Source: Camelus dromedarius (Eukaryota). Taken from it: a stretch of DNA of 64,000 nucleotides. The translations under genes were made by a program, and so were the position numbers. Where the stretch lies: NCBI RefSeq assembly GCF_036321535.1, contig NC_087436.1, forward strand, positions 105,960,001-106,024,000. The letters are read 5' to 3'. The notes under the pieces were generated by a model. That model was not told where the DNA came from. It worked only from the letters and a program-made list of their open reading frames with translations, and made no database searches. This document shows, one piece after another, positions 63,560 through 64,000 of this stretch (the stretch's first letter is position 1; every line of letters starts with the position of its first letter).

Positions 63560-63960
63560 TTTGCTATTTACTGTACTTCATTTGACAAATCATTAAAAAT
63601 AGATAGCACAACACTGGCCCTGGGACTAATCTTTGAGCAACCCCATTATTTTTAGCTTCCCATGTGGAGAACTGGCTATTTATTTCTGCTCTTTGTTTCC
63701 TCTCAGTTAAGAAGCCTTTAATCACAACAGAACTTTACCTTTCACCTTGTAGTTACCGACCTGCCTGCCTGGCCTTAATAGCCTCCTATGAGAGAGACCG
63801 TCTCCACAGCCTTTAAAAAGTCTAAATAAATTATGCCCACAGATTCCTTTTTATCTGCTGTTTTTAGCACACGATTTTCCCAAACAAAAAACCAGGCCAG
63901 AGTGCACGTTCATCTTGGTAGGTGCTTTGAAAAGCCTTTCTGTGGAATTTATTCTTTTCT
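63560..63960 (-). mobile_element. Ancient CR1-clade LINE, reverse-transcriptase fragment
   Basis: Minus-strand translation, allowing frameshifts, gives PGFCLGKSC, VGIIYLDFLKAVETV..HRRLL, FLTERKQRAEINSQFSTW and GVAQRLVPGPVL. These match the CR1 RT motifs HGF..GKSC, DIIYLDFQKAFDKVPH.RLL, WL.DRKQRV.ING.FS.W and GVPQGSVLGPVL. Confidence 0.85.
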
Positions 63961-64000
63961 TGTGCTTGGGTAAAGATGGATGCTCGTCTGGGGCTGGGGC

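Noticed and set aside
1..64000. A novel multi-gene system or a named host gene
   Set aside because: No intact coding exons, operon-like structure or viral genes are recognisable. The host locus cannot be named without alignment.

Overview
Non-coding mammalian genomic DNA, almost certainly camelid (camel, llama or alpaca group), because it carries about nine copies of a tRNA-Ala(AGC)-derived SINE matching the camelid Vic-1 type. It looks like part of a long intron or an intergenic region. I recognise no intact protein-coding gene, RNA gene, CRISPR array or microbial system. The ORF track is explained by decayed LINE-1 ORF2, simple repeats, a 39-bp minisatellite and chance. The window is a layered record of transposable elements. 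It has two ~2 kb 5'-truncated L1 copies, several L1 3' ends, L2, MIR, CR1/L3, MaLR and ERV LTRs, and DNA transposons (MER44A, MER104, MADE2, MER5, MER63, Charlie-type). The most interesting structures are (1) an L1 locus at 20.07-22.69 kb with three copies of a target-site-like motif, suggesting a 3' transduction and/or reuse of one endonuclease site, (2) a candidate 9-nt microexon or recursive splice site at 28.2 kb, (3) a well-preserved ancient CR1 reverse-transcriptase fossil at 63.6-63.95 kb, (4) a young 39-bp VNTR, (5) a short interstitial telomeric array, and (6) several CpG-retaining, enhancer-like patches. TE subfamily names come from remembered consensus sequences, and the boundaries of old elements are approximate.
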